DNA of 64,000 bases, from contig JBDRNJ010000021.1 of assembly GCA_043811375.1 (NCBI GenBank), positions 1-64,000 on the forward strand, given 5' to 3'. The position numbers were made by a program, and so were the translations under genes. Each line of letters opens with the position of its first letter. Positions within the stretch are counted from its first letter, which is position 1. Shown here piece after piece: positions 26,941 to 37,296 of the stretch. The notes under the pieces were generated by a model. The model saw nothing but the letters and a program-made list of their open reading frames with translations, searched no databases and was not told where the DNA came from. This stretch comes from a bacterium. GTDB taxonomy: Bacteria > Zixibacteria > MSB-5A5 > GN15 > FEB-12.

Positions 26941-27810
26941 CTATATCCGGTGCAGTCGATAAAAACCCCGGAGGGGCCAGTCCTCTCCGAGTTCTCGGAT
27001 GCGATCAATCGTTATCCAGGGATTGCGGCGGTTTGAACCGAACAGCGGAATATGAAAATCGCAGGCCTCGCCGCACCCGGTGGCGACAGTGAACAGCTGC
27101 TCGCCGTCGTCATTGACCAGCATCGCCAGGATTACATATACCTTGCCCTTCCGGCCCCGTTCATCGCGGGCGATGAACAAGTCGCCGGGGCCAATCTCAG
27201 TCTCGGCGACAGAGTCGCAGTTCTGTTGCAAGCTGGCGTAGGAAGTGTGCAGCATACAGAAGTCCAGGAATCGGTAATACTCATAATCATCCGGTGATCG
27301 TGGTCCTGTAGGCTCAAAGAAAATCCGTCCCCGGCTGGTAAACTTCAGATCGCCCTGCAGCCAGTCGTGGTAGCGGAGCGTATCTTCGTTTGTGAGGATG
27401 ATGTCCAGGTTCAACTGGCGTTGCTGATAATGCAGGAATTCGGCCAGGATGCGTAACGGAATGGCCCGGTCGGTAAAATTCCGGTTAGGCCAGGGAAGAT
27501 GCACAGCTCGCGAAATCTGGTTATGCTCAAATGCTTTACGGCCTTTCCAGCTTCCGACCGGCTTGGATTTGTGCCACAGCGGGAAATGCGAAACCCAGTT
27601 CTGGAAGGGCGACAGACCGGCGGAATCCGGTCGATGAAAACCATCGGGTATTTCCAATTCCGATTCGATTGTGTAAGCCGTGTCCGGCATGGTGAAAAAA
27701 TCGTAGTGTTTAACATACCAGTCACGCAGCGTGGAGGCTGAAGTGTCAGCCGGGGGCTGAGCCACTGCCGTGACGGCCAGCGTACAGATGAGAACCAGAA
27801 TTAACAGCAT
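26941..27810 (-). CDS. secreted protein, DUF4846-like
   Basis: Signal peptide; P.GF.R, F..W...PL, I.PGD.FI pattern recalled for DUF4846; TGATG overlap with the upstream gene. Confidence 0.55.
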   Translation of the reverse strand: MLLILVLICTLAVTAVAQPPADTSASTLRDWYVKHYDFFTMPDTAYTIESELEIPDGFHRPDSAGLSPFQNWVSHFPLWHKSKPVGSWKGRKAFEHNQISRAVHLPWPNRNFTDRAIPLRILAEFLHYQQRQLNLDIILTNEDTLRYHDWLQGDLKFTSRGRIFFEPTGPRSPDDYEYYRFLDFCMLHTSYASLQQNCDSVAETEIGPGDLFIARDERGRKGKVYVILAMLVNDDGEQLFTVATGCGEACDFHIPLFGSNRRNPWITIDRIRELGEDWPLRGFYRLHRI

Positions 27811-28151
27811 CAGTCTTTCATCTCCTCCCAAAGTCTTGTAGCCCGCCGCAGGTGCGGGATCGTTATCGATCCGCCGACGATCAAACCTATAGCCATGACC
27901 TCGTCGAACTCAGCGTCGCTGGTGCCGGTTTCCTGTGCCCGGACAACGTGGTAGCTGATGCAGTCATCACACCGCAGTACCAACGATGCCACCAGTCCCA
28001 GCAGATGCTTGGTTTTGGCGTCCAGAGCGCCGTCGCGGTAGACGGCTGAGTCGAGGCCGAAAAACCGCTTGATATCAAGATTATCACGAGACAGGATCAA
28101 CTCATTGAGCTTTTCCCGCTCCTTCTTGAACTGTTGTACCCGGTCGGACAT
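27810..28151 (-). CDS. carboxymuconolactone decarboxylase / AhpD-like protein
   Basis: GALD.KTK.L.GL.AS.VLRCDDCI.YH; start ATG 28151 behind GGAG. Confidence 0.85.
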   Translation of the reverse strand: MSDRVQQFKKEREKLNELILSRDNLDIKRFFGLDSAVYRDGALDAKTKHLLGLVASLVLRCDDCISYHVVRAQETGTSDAEFDEVMAIGLIVGGSITIPHLRRATRLWEEMKD

Positions 28152-28260
28152 CTTTTTCTCCAGCTTTTGGGCGAATATATGGCAATCGACAAGGCGCCAC
28201 AAATTCAAAAATACCGGTATATCGGATGAGGGTACTCTGAGAACCTGTGATCTACTTGCC

Positions 28261-28983
28261 CTACACCGACCGGACCGGCATCTTCTGGGGGTCGTCAATC
28301 AATATCTGTTCTCTGATGGTGTAGGCCTCGGCGTATCTGACGCCGACCAGTTGTCCCAACGCCGCCGCTCGGGTGCGCATCAGGTCGAAAATGTCGACAC
28401 CGGGCTGGAAGATATTCCTGGTCGTGACCGCGTTGCCGAACTGTGACCGATAGGCCGCCACCGCTTCACACTTGCGCTCGAACTCGTCGGAGATATTCAC
28501 CAGGAACGAATAGTCGGTATTGCGGAAATACGATACATAGATGATCTTGCGCGGTCGATATGGTTCGCCGGGAACGTCAAGTTTCTTCAGTCCCGCCAGG
28601 AAACAGGCGTCATACCCCAATCGGGAACAGGCGGCGTGGTCGGGATGGCGCTGTTGCCGGTGCGGCAGCAGGACCAGTTCCGGTTGCGTGGCGCGGATGA
28701 CGGTCGCAATTTTCAGTTTATTTTCCTGAGAGTAGTCCAGAGCCGAGTCGGGCAGAGAGAGATTCTCTCGCCAGGCCAAACCCATGATCTCGGCCGCTGC
28801 CGCCGCTTCGGTATCACGGTCGGAAGTATCACCCAGTGTTCCCATCTCTCCGCGTGTAAGATCCAGAGCACCGGTTTGCCGCCCCAGGCCGGTCATTTTG
28901 ATCAACAGCCCGCCGCAGGTAATTTCAGTGTCATCGGGATGGGCGGCGATAGCCAGGATATCGAGCTTGATCGGTTCAGCCAT
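28261..28983 (-). CDS. bshB1: bacillithiol biosynthesis deacetylase BshB1
   Basis: AHPDD, LTRGE.GT, RHPDH, AY.SQF, YAEA; synteny with bshA and bshC. Confidence 0.88.
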   Translation of the reverse strand: MAEPIKLDILAIAAHPDDTEITCGGLLIKMTGLGRQTGALDLTRGEMGTLGDTSDRDTEAAAAAEIMGLAWRENLSLPDSALDYSQENKLKIATVIRATQPELVLLPHRQQRHPDHAACSRLGYDACFLAGLKKLDVPGEPYRPRKIIYVSYFRNTDYSFLVNISDEFERKCEAVAAYRSQFGNAVTTRNIFQPGVDIFDLMRTRAAALGQLVGVRYAEAYTIREQILIDDPQKMPVRSV

Positions 28984-30106
28984 CAAGAATTTCCTTGTAG
29001 TACCGTTCATATTCGGGCACGATTTTATCTGCCGTGAATTTTCGCTGCGCCAGTGCGGCGGCGGCGGCTTTGAACTGCTCTAAGCGTGGTTGATCTTTCA
29101 GCAGAGAGATGGCCGCGCCGGCCATCGAGGTCGTATCGCCGACCGGAAACAGGAATCCGCAAACCCCGTCATCTACCACCTCTGTCAAACCGATGTCGGC
29201 GGTGCCGATCACCGGCACGCCGCAGGCTAATGCCTCCAGAGCAGCCAATCCAAACGATTCCTCTTCGGACGGCATGAGGAAGAGATCAGCGCATGGCAGC
29301 ACCGCCTCAACCCGCGACTGATTGCCAAGGAAAACAACTCTGTCACCCAGGCGCCTTTTGCTTATCTGTCGCCGCGCCAGGATGGTATCGGGACCTTCAC
29401 CGATCAGGAGCAGACGGGCGGGGAGTTCGGCGTTAATCCGGTCGAATATGTCCAGCACGTCCAGTGTGCGTTTGACCGGACGAAAGTTGGAAATATGTAC
29501 TATAAGGAACTCGTTGTCCGCCGCGAACTCAGAACGCCGACAATCACAACTCCCGTTGGCAAAACGTTTCTGGTCGAAGAAATTGTGGATAACCCGAATC
29601 TCTTTCTCGATGCGAAAGACTTCCCTGGTTTCATCGGCCAGGTACTTCGACACCGCCGTCAAACCATCCGAAGACAATATGGAAAAACGCGTGATGTCAT
29701 AAAACGACGGGTCGGAACCGACCAGAGTGATGTCGGTGCCGTGCAGGGTCGTGATTATTTTTGGCAGGTGTTTCTTTTGAGCGGCCAGAAGTTGTCGGGC
29801 CAGGTAGGCGCAGGTGGCGTGCGGTACGGCGTAGTGCATGTGCAGGATGTCCAGCTTGAAATTGCGCGTGACCTCAGCCATTTTGGCGGCCAGCGTCAAC
29901 GTGTACGGAGGAAACTTGAACAGTGGATAAGCAGTGGTTTCCACACCGTGGTACATCAGGTTGGTCTGGTAGCGATCAAGTCGAAACGGCAGGGCGTAAG
30001 AAACAAAGTGCACCTGGTGTCCACGCTGGGCAAGTTGCTGCCCCAGTTCGGTGGCGACGATTCCCGAACCGCCGGTAACCGGGTAGCAGGTAATACCTAT
30101 ATTCAT
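28976..30106 (-). CDS. bshA: N-acetyl-alpha-D-glucosaminyl L-malate synthase BshA
   Basis: ITCYP.TGGSG.VATELG, HYAVPHA, TTLHGTDIT, HISNFRPVKR, ESFGL.ALEA. Confidence 0.93.
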   Translation of the reverse strand: MNIGITCYPVTGGSGIVATELGQQLAQRGHQVHFVSYALPFRLDRYQTNLMYHGVETTAYPLFKFPPYTLTLAAKMAEVTRNFKLDILHMHYAVPHATCAYLARQLLAAQKKHLPKIITTLHGTDITLVGSDPSFYDITRFSILSSDGLTAVSKYLADETREVFRIEKEIRVIHNFFDQKRFANGSCDCRRSEFAADNEFLIVHISNFRPVKRTLDVLDIFDRINAELPARLLLIGEGPDTILARRQISKRRLGDRVVFLGNQSRVEAVLPCADLFLMPSEEESFGLAALEALACGVPVIGTADIGLTEVVDDGVCGFLFPVGDTTSMAGAAISLLKDQPRLEQFKAAAAALAQRKFTADKIVPEYERYYKEILDG

Positions 30107-31728
30107 CAGGTCGGGTACTCCGACAGCCCTACCACCTGGTGGGCCGTCTGTTCGCAGTCGATACTGTCATACATGAAGGATAAGAAATTCAGCCCGTAAC
30201 GCGACAAGAAACAGGTCACATTTAACGTGCGTTCCTGAAGGCCCCGGTCAGGGTAGAGGGCGCTCCACAGGCGGTAAATGCGGTCGAGTGTCTGCTTTGA
30301 TTTCTTCTTATGGGCGGCAAAGACCTTGTTCTCAAACTGCTTTAGTGTGTAGTCGATTTTGCCCTGTGTCTGTCCTCCGAATTGTCGGAGGTTCGGTTCA
30401 AAAGCCAGTGAGGCGTCAAGGAACCGATCAAAACTTCCTCTTACGTCGTCGCGCAACCGGCCGAACCGGCTTTCGAGGTCGTCCGGAAACGTGGCGGTGA
30501 GGACCCGGTTGACGATCTGTTCAACATCACCCGGTAACTCATCAAAGGAGATTGAGTACTCGGCCATTATCTTTTCAAAACGTTTCTCTACAAAAGTGAG
30601 TGAAGGTCGCCCGACGTTGTACGGCGCGACCAGGTCAAACAGAGCAAAGAGAGGGCTGGTCTGGGCCAGGTAGGCGATCTCCGACGGTCCGCCTAATTGT
30701 GCCACCACCGGGAACAGGTACGACTGCATTACCGGTCGCAGCAAAACGTCCGGTGAGAACTTTTCCGGGTGCTGCTCAATCTGTGCCGGCAGTTGCCGGT
30801 GAGTGAAGCGCCTGTTGCCGACGAGGTAGTCCTCGCCCTGACGAACGACCGGCTGCCGTCCCTCGAGATTGAGGAACAGGTGGGTCAGGTCGTCTTTTTT
30901 GTGAACCTGCAGATGGTAACCGTGCTTTTCGATATGCCGGTTGGTGTCGGTCGTTACCCGTCGCAGTTCATCCTGCCGGGTGAGAATCTCCGTCAGGAAC
31001 GGCGCCGCTATCTGCTTGATCTCAGCATTGCCCGGTGAAAACAGGACCAGACCGAACCGTTCGGTCAGCTTCGCCATCAGGGAGGCAAAAGCCGTCACCA
31101 TATTGCCGCCGGGTGTATAACAATGGTCAATAAGTTCCCGAAGTTGACCCGTGAAGTCACTTTCCCCCAGGGCTGTCATCAGTGTTGTTTTGGCTTGATT
31201 TAGCTCCGCGTTGTCCGAGAGCGTGATTTCCGACAGCGGCAACGGAGACAGGGGAGAAGTCGCATAGGCAACCCGCACCAGTTCGCCTGTGCGGTCAGGC
31301 ACGAAGGTGTGATTGGCTTCCTCGAAGTCGTGATCATCGGCGTCTATCCAGAATATGGGAACCACCGGTCGTCCGAGTCGGCGTGAGTAGATGTCTGCCG
31401 TTTTGACGATAGCCAGAGCCTTGATCAGAATCAGCAACGGACCTCCGAAAAGACAAGCCTGCTGTCCGGTGAAAACGCACAAGGCGCGATTGTCGCGGAG
31501 CCTGGTGATGTTCGCCATCGTTGCTTGAGAAGCCCCGAAGGAGCGATTCTGTCTTTCGAGGATTTTCACCAGCCGTTCCCGGTCGTATGTGATCTCATCC
31601 AGGCGGGCAGCGGTGTCGTCAATATCCGAGGAGGCATACAGATGCCTGGCCGCCCGACGCCCGGCCAGGAAGTCAAGGTACAGATCAGTGTAGCCCAGTG
31701 ATTTGGAGGGGGCAATCAACTCAGTCAC
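30106..31728 (-). CDS. bshC: bacillithiol cysteine-adding enzyme BshC
   Basis: TGQQ..LFGGP...K, PIFW...DHDFEE, SP.VLLRP..Q...P, GGPSEIAY, LQER. Confidence 0.9.
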   Translation of the reverse strand: MTELIAPSKSLGYTDLYLDFLAGRRAARHLYASSDIDDTAARLDEITYDRERLVKILERQNRSFGASQATMANITRLRDNRALCVFTGQQACLFGGPLLILIKALAIVKTADIYSRRLGRPVVPIFWIDADDHDFEEANHTFVPDRTGELVRVAYATSPLSPLPLSEITLSDNAELNQAKTTLMTALGESDFTGQLRELIDHCYTPGGNMVTAFASLMAKLTERFGLVLFSPGNAEIKQIAAPFLTEILTRQDELRRVTTDTNRHIEKHGYHLQVHKKDDLTHLFLNLEGRQPVVRQGEDYLVGNRRFTHRQLPAQIEQHPEKFSPDVLLRPVMQSYLFPVVAQLGGPSEIAYLAQTSPLFALFDLVAPYNVGRPSLTFVEKRFEKIMAEYSISFDELPGDVEQIVNRVLTATFPDDLESRFGRLRDDVRGSFDRFLDASLAFEPNLRQFGGQTQGKIDYTLKQFENKVFAAHKKKSKQTLDRIYRLWSALYPDRGLQERTLNVTCFLSRYGLNFLSFMYDSIDCEQTAHQVVGLSEYPT

Positions 31729-34700
31729 GAATGCCGGTTTCCTCTATAGCCTGGTTCACTCGTGGTTTTTTCCTTTTGAACAGCCCGACAAAATCATCGA
31801 TCAGTGTGTAGACAACCGGCACCACCACCAGCGTCAGCAGCGTCGACGAGATAATACCCCCGATCGCGGCTCTGGCCATCGGAGCCCGTATCTCAGCACC
31901 GGGTCCGATACCAAGTGCCAGCGGCAGCATCCCAAAAACCATGGCAAAAGTGGTCATCAAAATTGGTCTCAGCCGGATCGGACCGGCTTTCAGGATAGCA
32001 TCTGTTCTTGAAACACCAGTGGCTCGTTGCTGTTTCACAAAGTCGATCAAAAGAATAGCATTCTTGGTGACCAGCCCCATCAGCAGGACCATTCCAATTA
32101 GGGACATCATCGAAAACGAGGATCCCAACAGTGCCAGTATGGCTCCGACCAGTGACAGCGGCAGCGAGACCATAATCGAGAAAGGATCCGTAAAAGACTC
32201 ATACAACGATGCCAGAAGCAGATATATGAAAATAACCGCCAGCGCCAGAGCCATAAAGATGTTGGTGAAGGCTTCTCTCATTATCTCCGCGGTACCTACG
32301 GGCAGTATTTTGTAGCCGGGCGGGAGTTCCATTTGCAGAGTCTGCTCTTCTATCAGGTTCGTCACCGTTCCCGCAAAAGCAGTGGACAGCACGTTGGCAT
32401 TGACGCGCACCTCTCGCTGACGATCGAAGCGGTTGTACTCCCCAATGGCGCTCGCCTTGTCCAGCAGGGCTACACGCTCCAGCGGAATCAGGAGGTTGTT
32501 GTCTCTATCATCCTTGTTTCGGCTGCGTATGAGGATTCGGCCCACGTCGTCCTTCGAGGAGCGAAAACTCTGGTCAAGTCTGATGCGAACGTCGTACTCC
32601 TCCTCGTCTTCTTTGTAATGGGTGACCACCTTGCCCTCGACCAGAGACCTGATTGTCATGGCGATCTCACCGAGATTCAAGCCGAGGTCATTGGCCAGTT
32701 TACGGTTAACGTCGATCTGGATTTCCGGTTTGCCCTCCTGGAGGGTGTTGTCGATGTCCGTTGTTCCCTCAACGTCATCAAAAACCGCCTGCACTCGGTG
32801 GGTCAGTTGTGTCAATACCTCGATATCATCTCCCCGAATGGAGATCTCAACAGGTTTTGTACTACCGCCCTCACCCTCACCACGGCCTACTGCATACTTG
32901 ATTCCCGGTACCGACCGCAACATGACGCGAACAGAGTCCATCAGTTGACGGGCAGAGAACTCTCTTTCACTCTTATCAGTTAATTTGACCAGAATTCGGC
33001 CCTGTGTCACCGGATCGTTACCGGCGCCTATTGTAACGTAGGTTGCCGTGACATCGACCAATCCGTTGACAATGCCTTCCACCTCCTCAAAGCGCCTGGA
33101 GGTTTCAACCAGGGTTGTTCCCGGGGGAGTATCTATATCAATGGCAAGTTTTGCCTGGTCGGTCTCTGCCATGAATTCCGTCCCGATAAAGCGAGTCACA
33201 TAGACTGCAAACGCAATCGAAAGGGTCGCTACCAGGATCACCAGCCAGCGCTTTCTCAGGGCACCGGCGAGCAGGGTTTTGTAGTGCGGCTTAACGGCCT
33301 CAAAGAAGATATTCCAGTAACTGAGGACCTTCTCTATTGGTTTCCAGACAGCGCTGAGAAAGCGAGCCGCGGCACCGAGCGGGCCCTTTTGGCGCGCAGA
33401 TATTTTCCCTTTTTCGAGAAAACGCGAAGAAAGCATCGGTGTCAGCGAGAAGGCCACGAAAAGTGAAATCAGGACGGCAAAGGCGACCGACATACCAAAC
33501 TGGTAAAAGAATCGTCCTACGATTCCCGACATGAATGCAATCGGCACGAAGACCACCACGATGGAGAACGTGGTGGCCATCACCGCCAGGCCGATCTCTT
33601 TGGTGCCCGAAAACGCGGCTGCCATAGCCGATTTGCCTTGGGCCATATGGCGGTAGATGTTCTCAATGACGACGATGGCGTCATCGATCAGTATCCCCAC
33701 CGCCAGCGACAATCCCATCAGGGTCATCATGTTGATCGTGAAGCCCAGCAGTTTCATCAGCGTGAAAGTGGCAATAAGTGAGATGGGAATGGACAGGCCG
33801 GTGATGATAGTCGGACGTATATTGAGCAAAAACAGAAAGATGACAATAACCGCCAGAAGAGTACCAAACTCGATATTGAACAAGATCTCGTGGATCGAGT
33901 CTTCGATAAAGACGGAGTTGTCATCAACGATTTCAATGCGTACATCGGGTGGCAGCTCCTGCTGAAGTAGTACCAGAGCCCCTTTGACTCTACGAGCCAA
34001 CTCTACCGTATTGGTCTCCGACTGCTTGATAATGTCCAGTGACACCGCGGGACGCCCGTTGTAGCGGGAAAGCGAGCGCTGTTCCTTGGTCGTATCGGTG
34101 ACAACAGCTACGTTTTTCAGATACACCGGGGAGCCTTTTGGATTTTTTACTATAACGTCATTAAACTGCGATACTCTGTCGAGCCGGCCGGTCATGCGCA
34201 CGACGTATTCCCGGCATCCTTCATCAACACGCCCGCCCGGTATCTCCATGTTGGCGGAGGCCACGGCGCTTTGCACGTCCGGTACTGTAATCCCAAACGA
34301 CTCCATCTTATCAGGGTCGAGGGCAACCGATATCTCACGTTCCTGCCCTCCGACCAGCGTGATGTTGCCCACTCCGGGAATCGATTCCAATCGTTTCTTA
34401 ATGACGTTCTTGACGAGTTCGGTGATCTCTCTGGCTGATCGCTCTCCGGAAACCGCAATAGAAAGAATCGGCCTAGCCATGGGATCAAACTGGCTGACGA
34501 CCGGTTCTTCTACGTCATTGGGTAGGTTCGCCCGAATCCCGGATATCTTCTCGCGCACATCCTGGGTGGCTTCGATTCCTTTTCTTTCCAGTTCAAATTC
34601 GATAATGACCAGCGAGTACCCTTCCAGTGATCGCGAAGTAATATGACGGATGCCTGAGACCTCGTTGACGGCATCCTCGATCTTCTTGGTCACTTCGCTT

Positions 34701-34879
34701 TCCATCGTCTCCGCCGAAGCGCCGGGATAAATGGTTACGACGGTGGCAATCGGGAAGTCAATTTCAGGAAAGAGATCGATAGGAAGCTGCGTGTAGGAGA
34801 ACATCCCCAGGACCAGCAGAGCTCCGATCATCATGGTGGCGAAGACCGGACGCTTTATTGATATTTCCGCCAGCTTCAT
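31721..34879 (-). CDS. RND efflux permease (AcrB/AcrD/AcrF family)
   Basis: IKRPV, YPGASAE, IDDAIVVIENI, TKNAILL, RLRPILMT. Confidence 0.95.
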   Translation of the reverse strand: MKLAEISIKRPVFATMMIGALLVLGMFSYTQLPIDLFPEIDFPIATVVTIYPGASAETMESEVTKKIEDAVNEVSGIRHITSRSLEGYSLVIIEFELERKGIEATQDVREKISGIRANLPNDVEEPVVSQFDPMARPILSIAVSGERSAREITELVKNVIKKRLESIPGVGNITLVGGQEREISVALDPDKMESFGITVPDVQSAVASANMEIPGGRVDEGCREYVVRMTGRLDRVSQFNDVIVKNPKGSPVYLKNVAVVTDTTKEQRSLSRYNGRPAVSLDIIKQSETNTVELARRVKGALVLLQQELPPDVRIEIVDDNSVFIEDSIHEILFNIEFGTLLAVIVIFLFLLNIRPTIITGLSIPISLIATFTLMKLLGFTINMMTLMGLSLAVGILIDDAIVVIENIYRHMAQGKSAMAAAFSGTKEIGLAVMATTFSIVVVFVPIAFMSGIVGRFFYQFGMSVAFAVLISLFVAFSLTPMLSSRFLEKGKISARQKGPLGAAARFLSAVWKPIEKVLSYWNIFFEAVKPHYKTLLAGALRKRWLVILVATLSIAFAVYVTRFIGTEFMAETDQAKLAIDIDTPPGTTLVETSRRFEEVEGIVNGLVDVTATYVTIGAGNDPVTQGRILVKLTDKSEREFSARQLMDSVRVMLRSVPGIKYAVGRGEGEGGSTKPVEISIRGDDIEVLTQLTHRVQAVFDDVEGTTDIDNTLQEGKPEIQIDVNRKLANDLGLNLGEIAMTIRSLVEGKVVTHYKEDEEEYDVRIRLDQSFRSSKDDVGRILIRSRNKDDRDNNLLIPLERVALLDKASAIGEYNRFDRQREVRVNANVLSTAFAGTVTNLIEEQTLQMELPPGYKILPVGTAEIMREAFTNIFMALALAVIFIYLLLASLYESFTDPFSIMVSLPLSLVGAILALLGSSFSMMSLIGMVLLMGLVTKNAILLIDFVKQQRATGVSRTDAILKAGPIRLRPILMTTFAMVFGMLPLALGIGPGAEIRAPMARAAIGGIISSTLLTLVVVPVVYTLIDDFVGLFKRKKPRVNQAIEETGIRD

Positions 34880-35919
34880 TGTCCGCCGCTCAGATTGGCA
34901 ATACTTACCCGGTCACCATCTTCCAGGTAATCCTGACCGGTAATAATCAGCGTGTCACCGGGAGCCAGGCCCGAAGAGATCACCACCCGGCCATCAATAT
35001 CCGTTCCCGGGACGACAGTTCGATGGTGAGCCGCGCCGCCGGAAACGACATAGACGATCTGCTGAGCCGTCTTTGACAGAACAGCGCCCCGGGGAACCAC
35101 CATAATATCGGATAAACGTTGCAGCACCAGATCGATCCTGACAAACATACCGGGGTGGAAAGCGCCGTCGGGATTGTCCAGGGCCGCTTCCACCTGAAAT
35201 GAGCGAGTTGTTGGATCGGCCGAACGGGCCACCGCTACGATGACGCCTGCGGTTTCCCTGTCAATCATTTCAGACGAGACCACGACGGAGTCGCCTTCAT
35301 TGACCAGGCGCATGTCGGCAGTGTTGATATCAAACTTCACCCGCAACTTATCGACTGTGGCTACGGTGGCCAGTTCCTGACCGGGAGTGGGGAAGTCACC
35401 GCGGGACACTTTCAGGGATGTCACCACGCCGTCAATGGGCGACTGTACTTCCACCAGTTTTTCAGCTGCCTCAAATCCAGCCCGGGCAACCTCGTACTCC
35501 GTCCGGGCAGCGTCGTTCTGTGACTCGCTGACGGCTCCTTCGGCAAAAAGATACTGCATCTTCTGCGAATTTTTCTCCGCATTGCGATACAACGAGAGAG
35601 CTTCCTGGTAGCGTGAACTGGGACCGGTCCGATCCAGCGAGATCATCACCTGGTCGGCACGAACCGATTGTCCCTCACGAACGTGGACGGATTCCACCGC
35701 CTCGGTGATCTTGGCGTATATAACCGCCTGCTTCTCGCCTTCCAGTGTCCCCGTATACGTTTTCACGATCGTTTCATCGGAAAGCATCACCACCATCGCC
35801 TCGACGGCCAGAGTTGGCCGTTCGGTGGCAACCTGCTCTTCGTTACCGGCGCATGACCAACAGCCGAATATCAGCACCAGCAATCCAAGACATATAATAG
35901 ATCGTTTCATTCTATCCAT
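34876..35919 (-). CDS. RND periplasmic adaptor (MFP), lipoprotein
   Basis: VREGQ.V, SPIDGVV, DPTTRSF.V, PGMFV, SGL.PGD. Confidence 0.9.
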   Translation of the reverse strand: MDRMKRSIICLGLLVLIFGCWSCAGNEEQVATERPTLAVEAMVVMLSDETIVKTYTGTLEGEKQAVIYAKITEAVESVHVREGQSVRADQVMISLDRTGPSSRYQEALSLYRNAEKNSQKMQYLFAEGAVSESQNDAARTEYEVARAGFEAAEKLVEVQSPIDGVVTSLKVSRGDFPTPGQELATVATVDKLRVKFDINTADMRLVNEGDSVVVSSEMIDRETAGVIVAVARSADPTTRSFQVEAALDNPDGAFHPGMFVRIDLVLQRLSDIMVVPRGAVLSKTAQQIVYVVSGGAAHHRTVVPGTDIDGRVVISSGLAPGDTLIITGQDYLEDGDRVSIANLSGGQ

Positions 35920-35932
35920 TGCATTCCTATAG

Positions 35933-37294
35933 TCAATTGAGATCAAAAGTAGTTGCCATCTTTAGCCGCGAACGAGCCTGACGGAAGAAGAAGAGCGCTT
36001 CAGACCGGATATCGCGAGCCTTCGTAAGCGCCGCCTGCGCCGAAAGAACCTCAAGCAGGGTTCCCACCCCGGTTTCATATCTCAGATCGGCGATGCGTAA
36101 TCCTTCCTCGGCCTGCGCAATGGTCGTTGCCTGAATATCCAGTGCTTCTTTGGCCTGACGAAGTTGATCGAAGGCTTGCTGCACCTCCAGCCTGATGTCG
36201 TCGCGCAGTTGCGCCGACCTTAGCTCAGCCTGGTGGTATTCGGAAGAACGCTGCTTCACTTCGCCATGTGTGTAACCACCATTAAAAATGGGGATCGAAA
36301 CTGTGACTCCGGCGGTCCAGGACTCACTGGTGTGGTCTTTAAGGGTGAAATCGTCCGAGGCTGACTGCCAACTGTAATTGGCCACGGCATCAAGGGAGGG
36401 GTAGTAACCGCCCCGGGCTACCCGGATAGCCTTGCGCCTGATTTCCGTCATCAGGTCGGCCTGCTGCAATTCCGGGCTGGTCGATAAAGCCGTGTCGAGT
36501 AGGTTCTCGAGCGCCGGTAGACCTGCCAGGGACGTGTCATCCTGTTGTTCGATCAGTGTGACCTCATCATTGAGATCAATACCGAGGAATGATTTCAGCC
36601 GCTTCTCGGACAGATACACTTCCGATTCCGCTCTGACAATGGCCGGCAGCAGATTGGCCCGCTCGACTTCAGCCCGCAAGACTTCATACTCTGAAACCAT
36701 CCCCTGCGAGTGCAACTTCCGGATCACCCCGGCGTTGTGGTCGGCAGCCTTAAACGCTTTCTGCAGCACCACCAGGCTGGATTTCCGGAGTACGGCCGAG
36801 TAAAAGAGTATCTCAGCGTCGTATACAACGGTTGTCCGGGTAGCTTCGGCCTGTTGCTGGGAGTATTGCCTGTAAAGTTTGGCTATCGACAGGGCCGTGA
36901 ACACCTTTCCCCCCTGCCACAGTGGTTGCCGCAGGTTGATTGAGGCGCCGAAGCTGTTTTTGAACCCGGTCTTGAATTCCACCGTCTCATCCTCGGACTG
37001 AATGAAAAACGAAGGGATGATAAAATTCTGCGAGTACGAACCGGTCGCGTCCAGCTTGGGAAAGGCTCCGGCGCGCGCCTTGATTATCTCGCTTTGTGCC
37101 CTGGTGATCTCTTCGCGAGCCGCCAGGTAGGTCCGGTTGGACTCCATTGTCCGCTGACGTACGTCATCGATCGTAAGCGGTATTGTCGAGCCGAAGATTT
37201 CCGGGGTCAGACCGACCAGGATGAGGACGGCAACAAGCAGGAGACGGACATGATTACGCCAGTCGGCTGGGTAACGGCGCTGCGATACTATCAT
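35933..37294 (-). CDS. TolC-family outer membrane protein
   Basis: Duplicated OEP repeats (A.AG.FP.L / ARGGYYPSL), RYETGVGT.LEV. Confidence 0.9.
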   Translation of the reverse strand: MIVSQRRYPADWRNHVRLLLVAVLILVGLTPEIFGSTIPLTIDDVRQRTMESNRTYLAAREEITRAQSEIIKARAGAFPKLDATGSYSQNFIIPSFFIQSEDETVEFKTGFKNSFGASINLRQPLWQGGKVFTALSIAKLYRQYSQQQAEATRTTVVYDAEILFYSAVLRKSSLVVLQKAFKAADHNAGVIRKLHSQGMVSEYEVLRAEVERANLLPAIVRAESEVYLSEKRLKSFLGIDLNDEVTLIEQQDDTSLAGLPALENLLDTALSTSPELQQADLMTEIRRKAIRVARGGYYPSLDAVANYSWQSASDDFTLKDHTSESWTAGVTVSIPIFNGGYTHGEVKQRSSEYHQAELRSAQLRDDIRLEVQQAFDQLRQAKEALDIQATTIAQAEEGLRIADLRYETGVGTLLEVLSAQAALTKARDIRSEALFFFRQARSRLKMATTFDLN

Positions 37295-37296
37295 GA

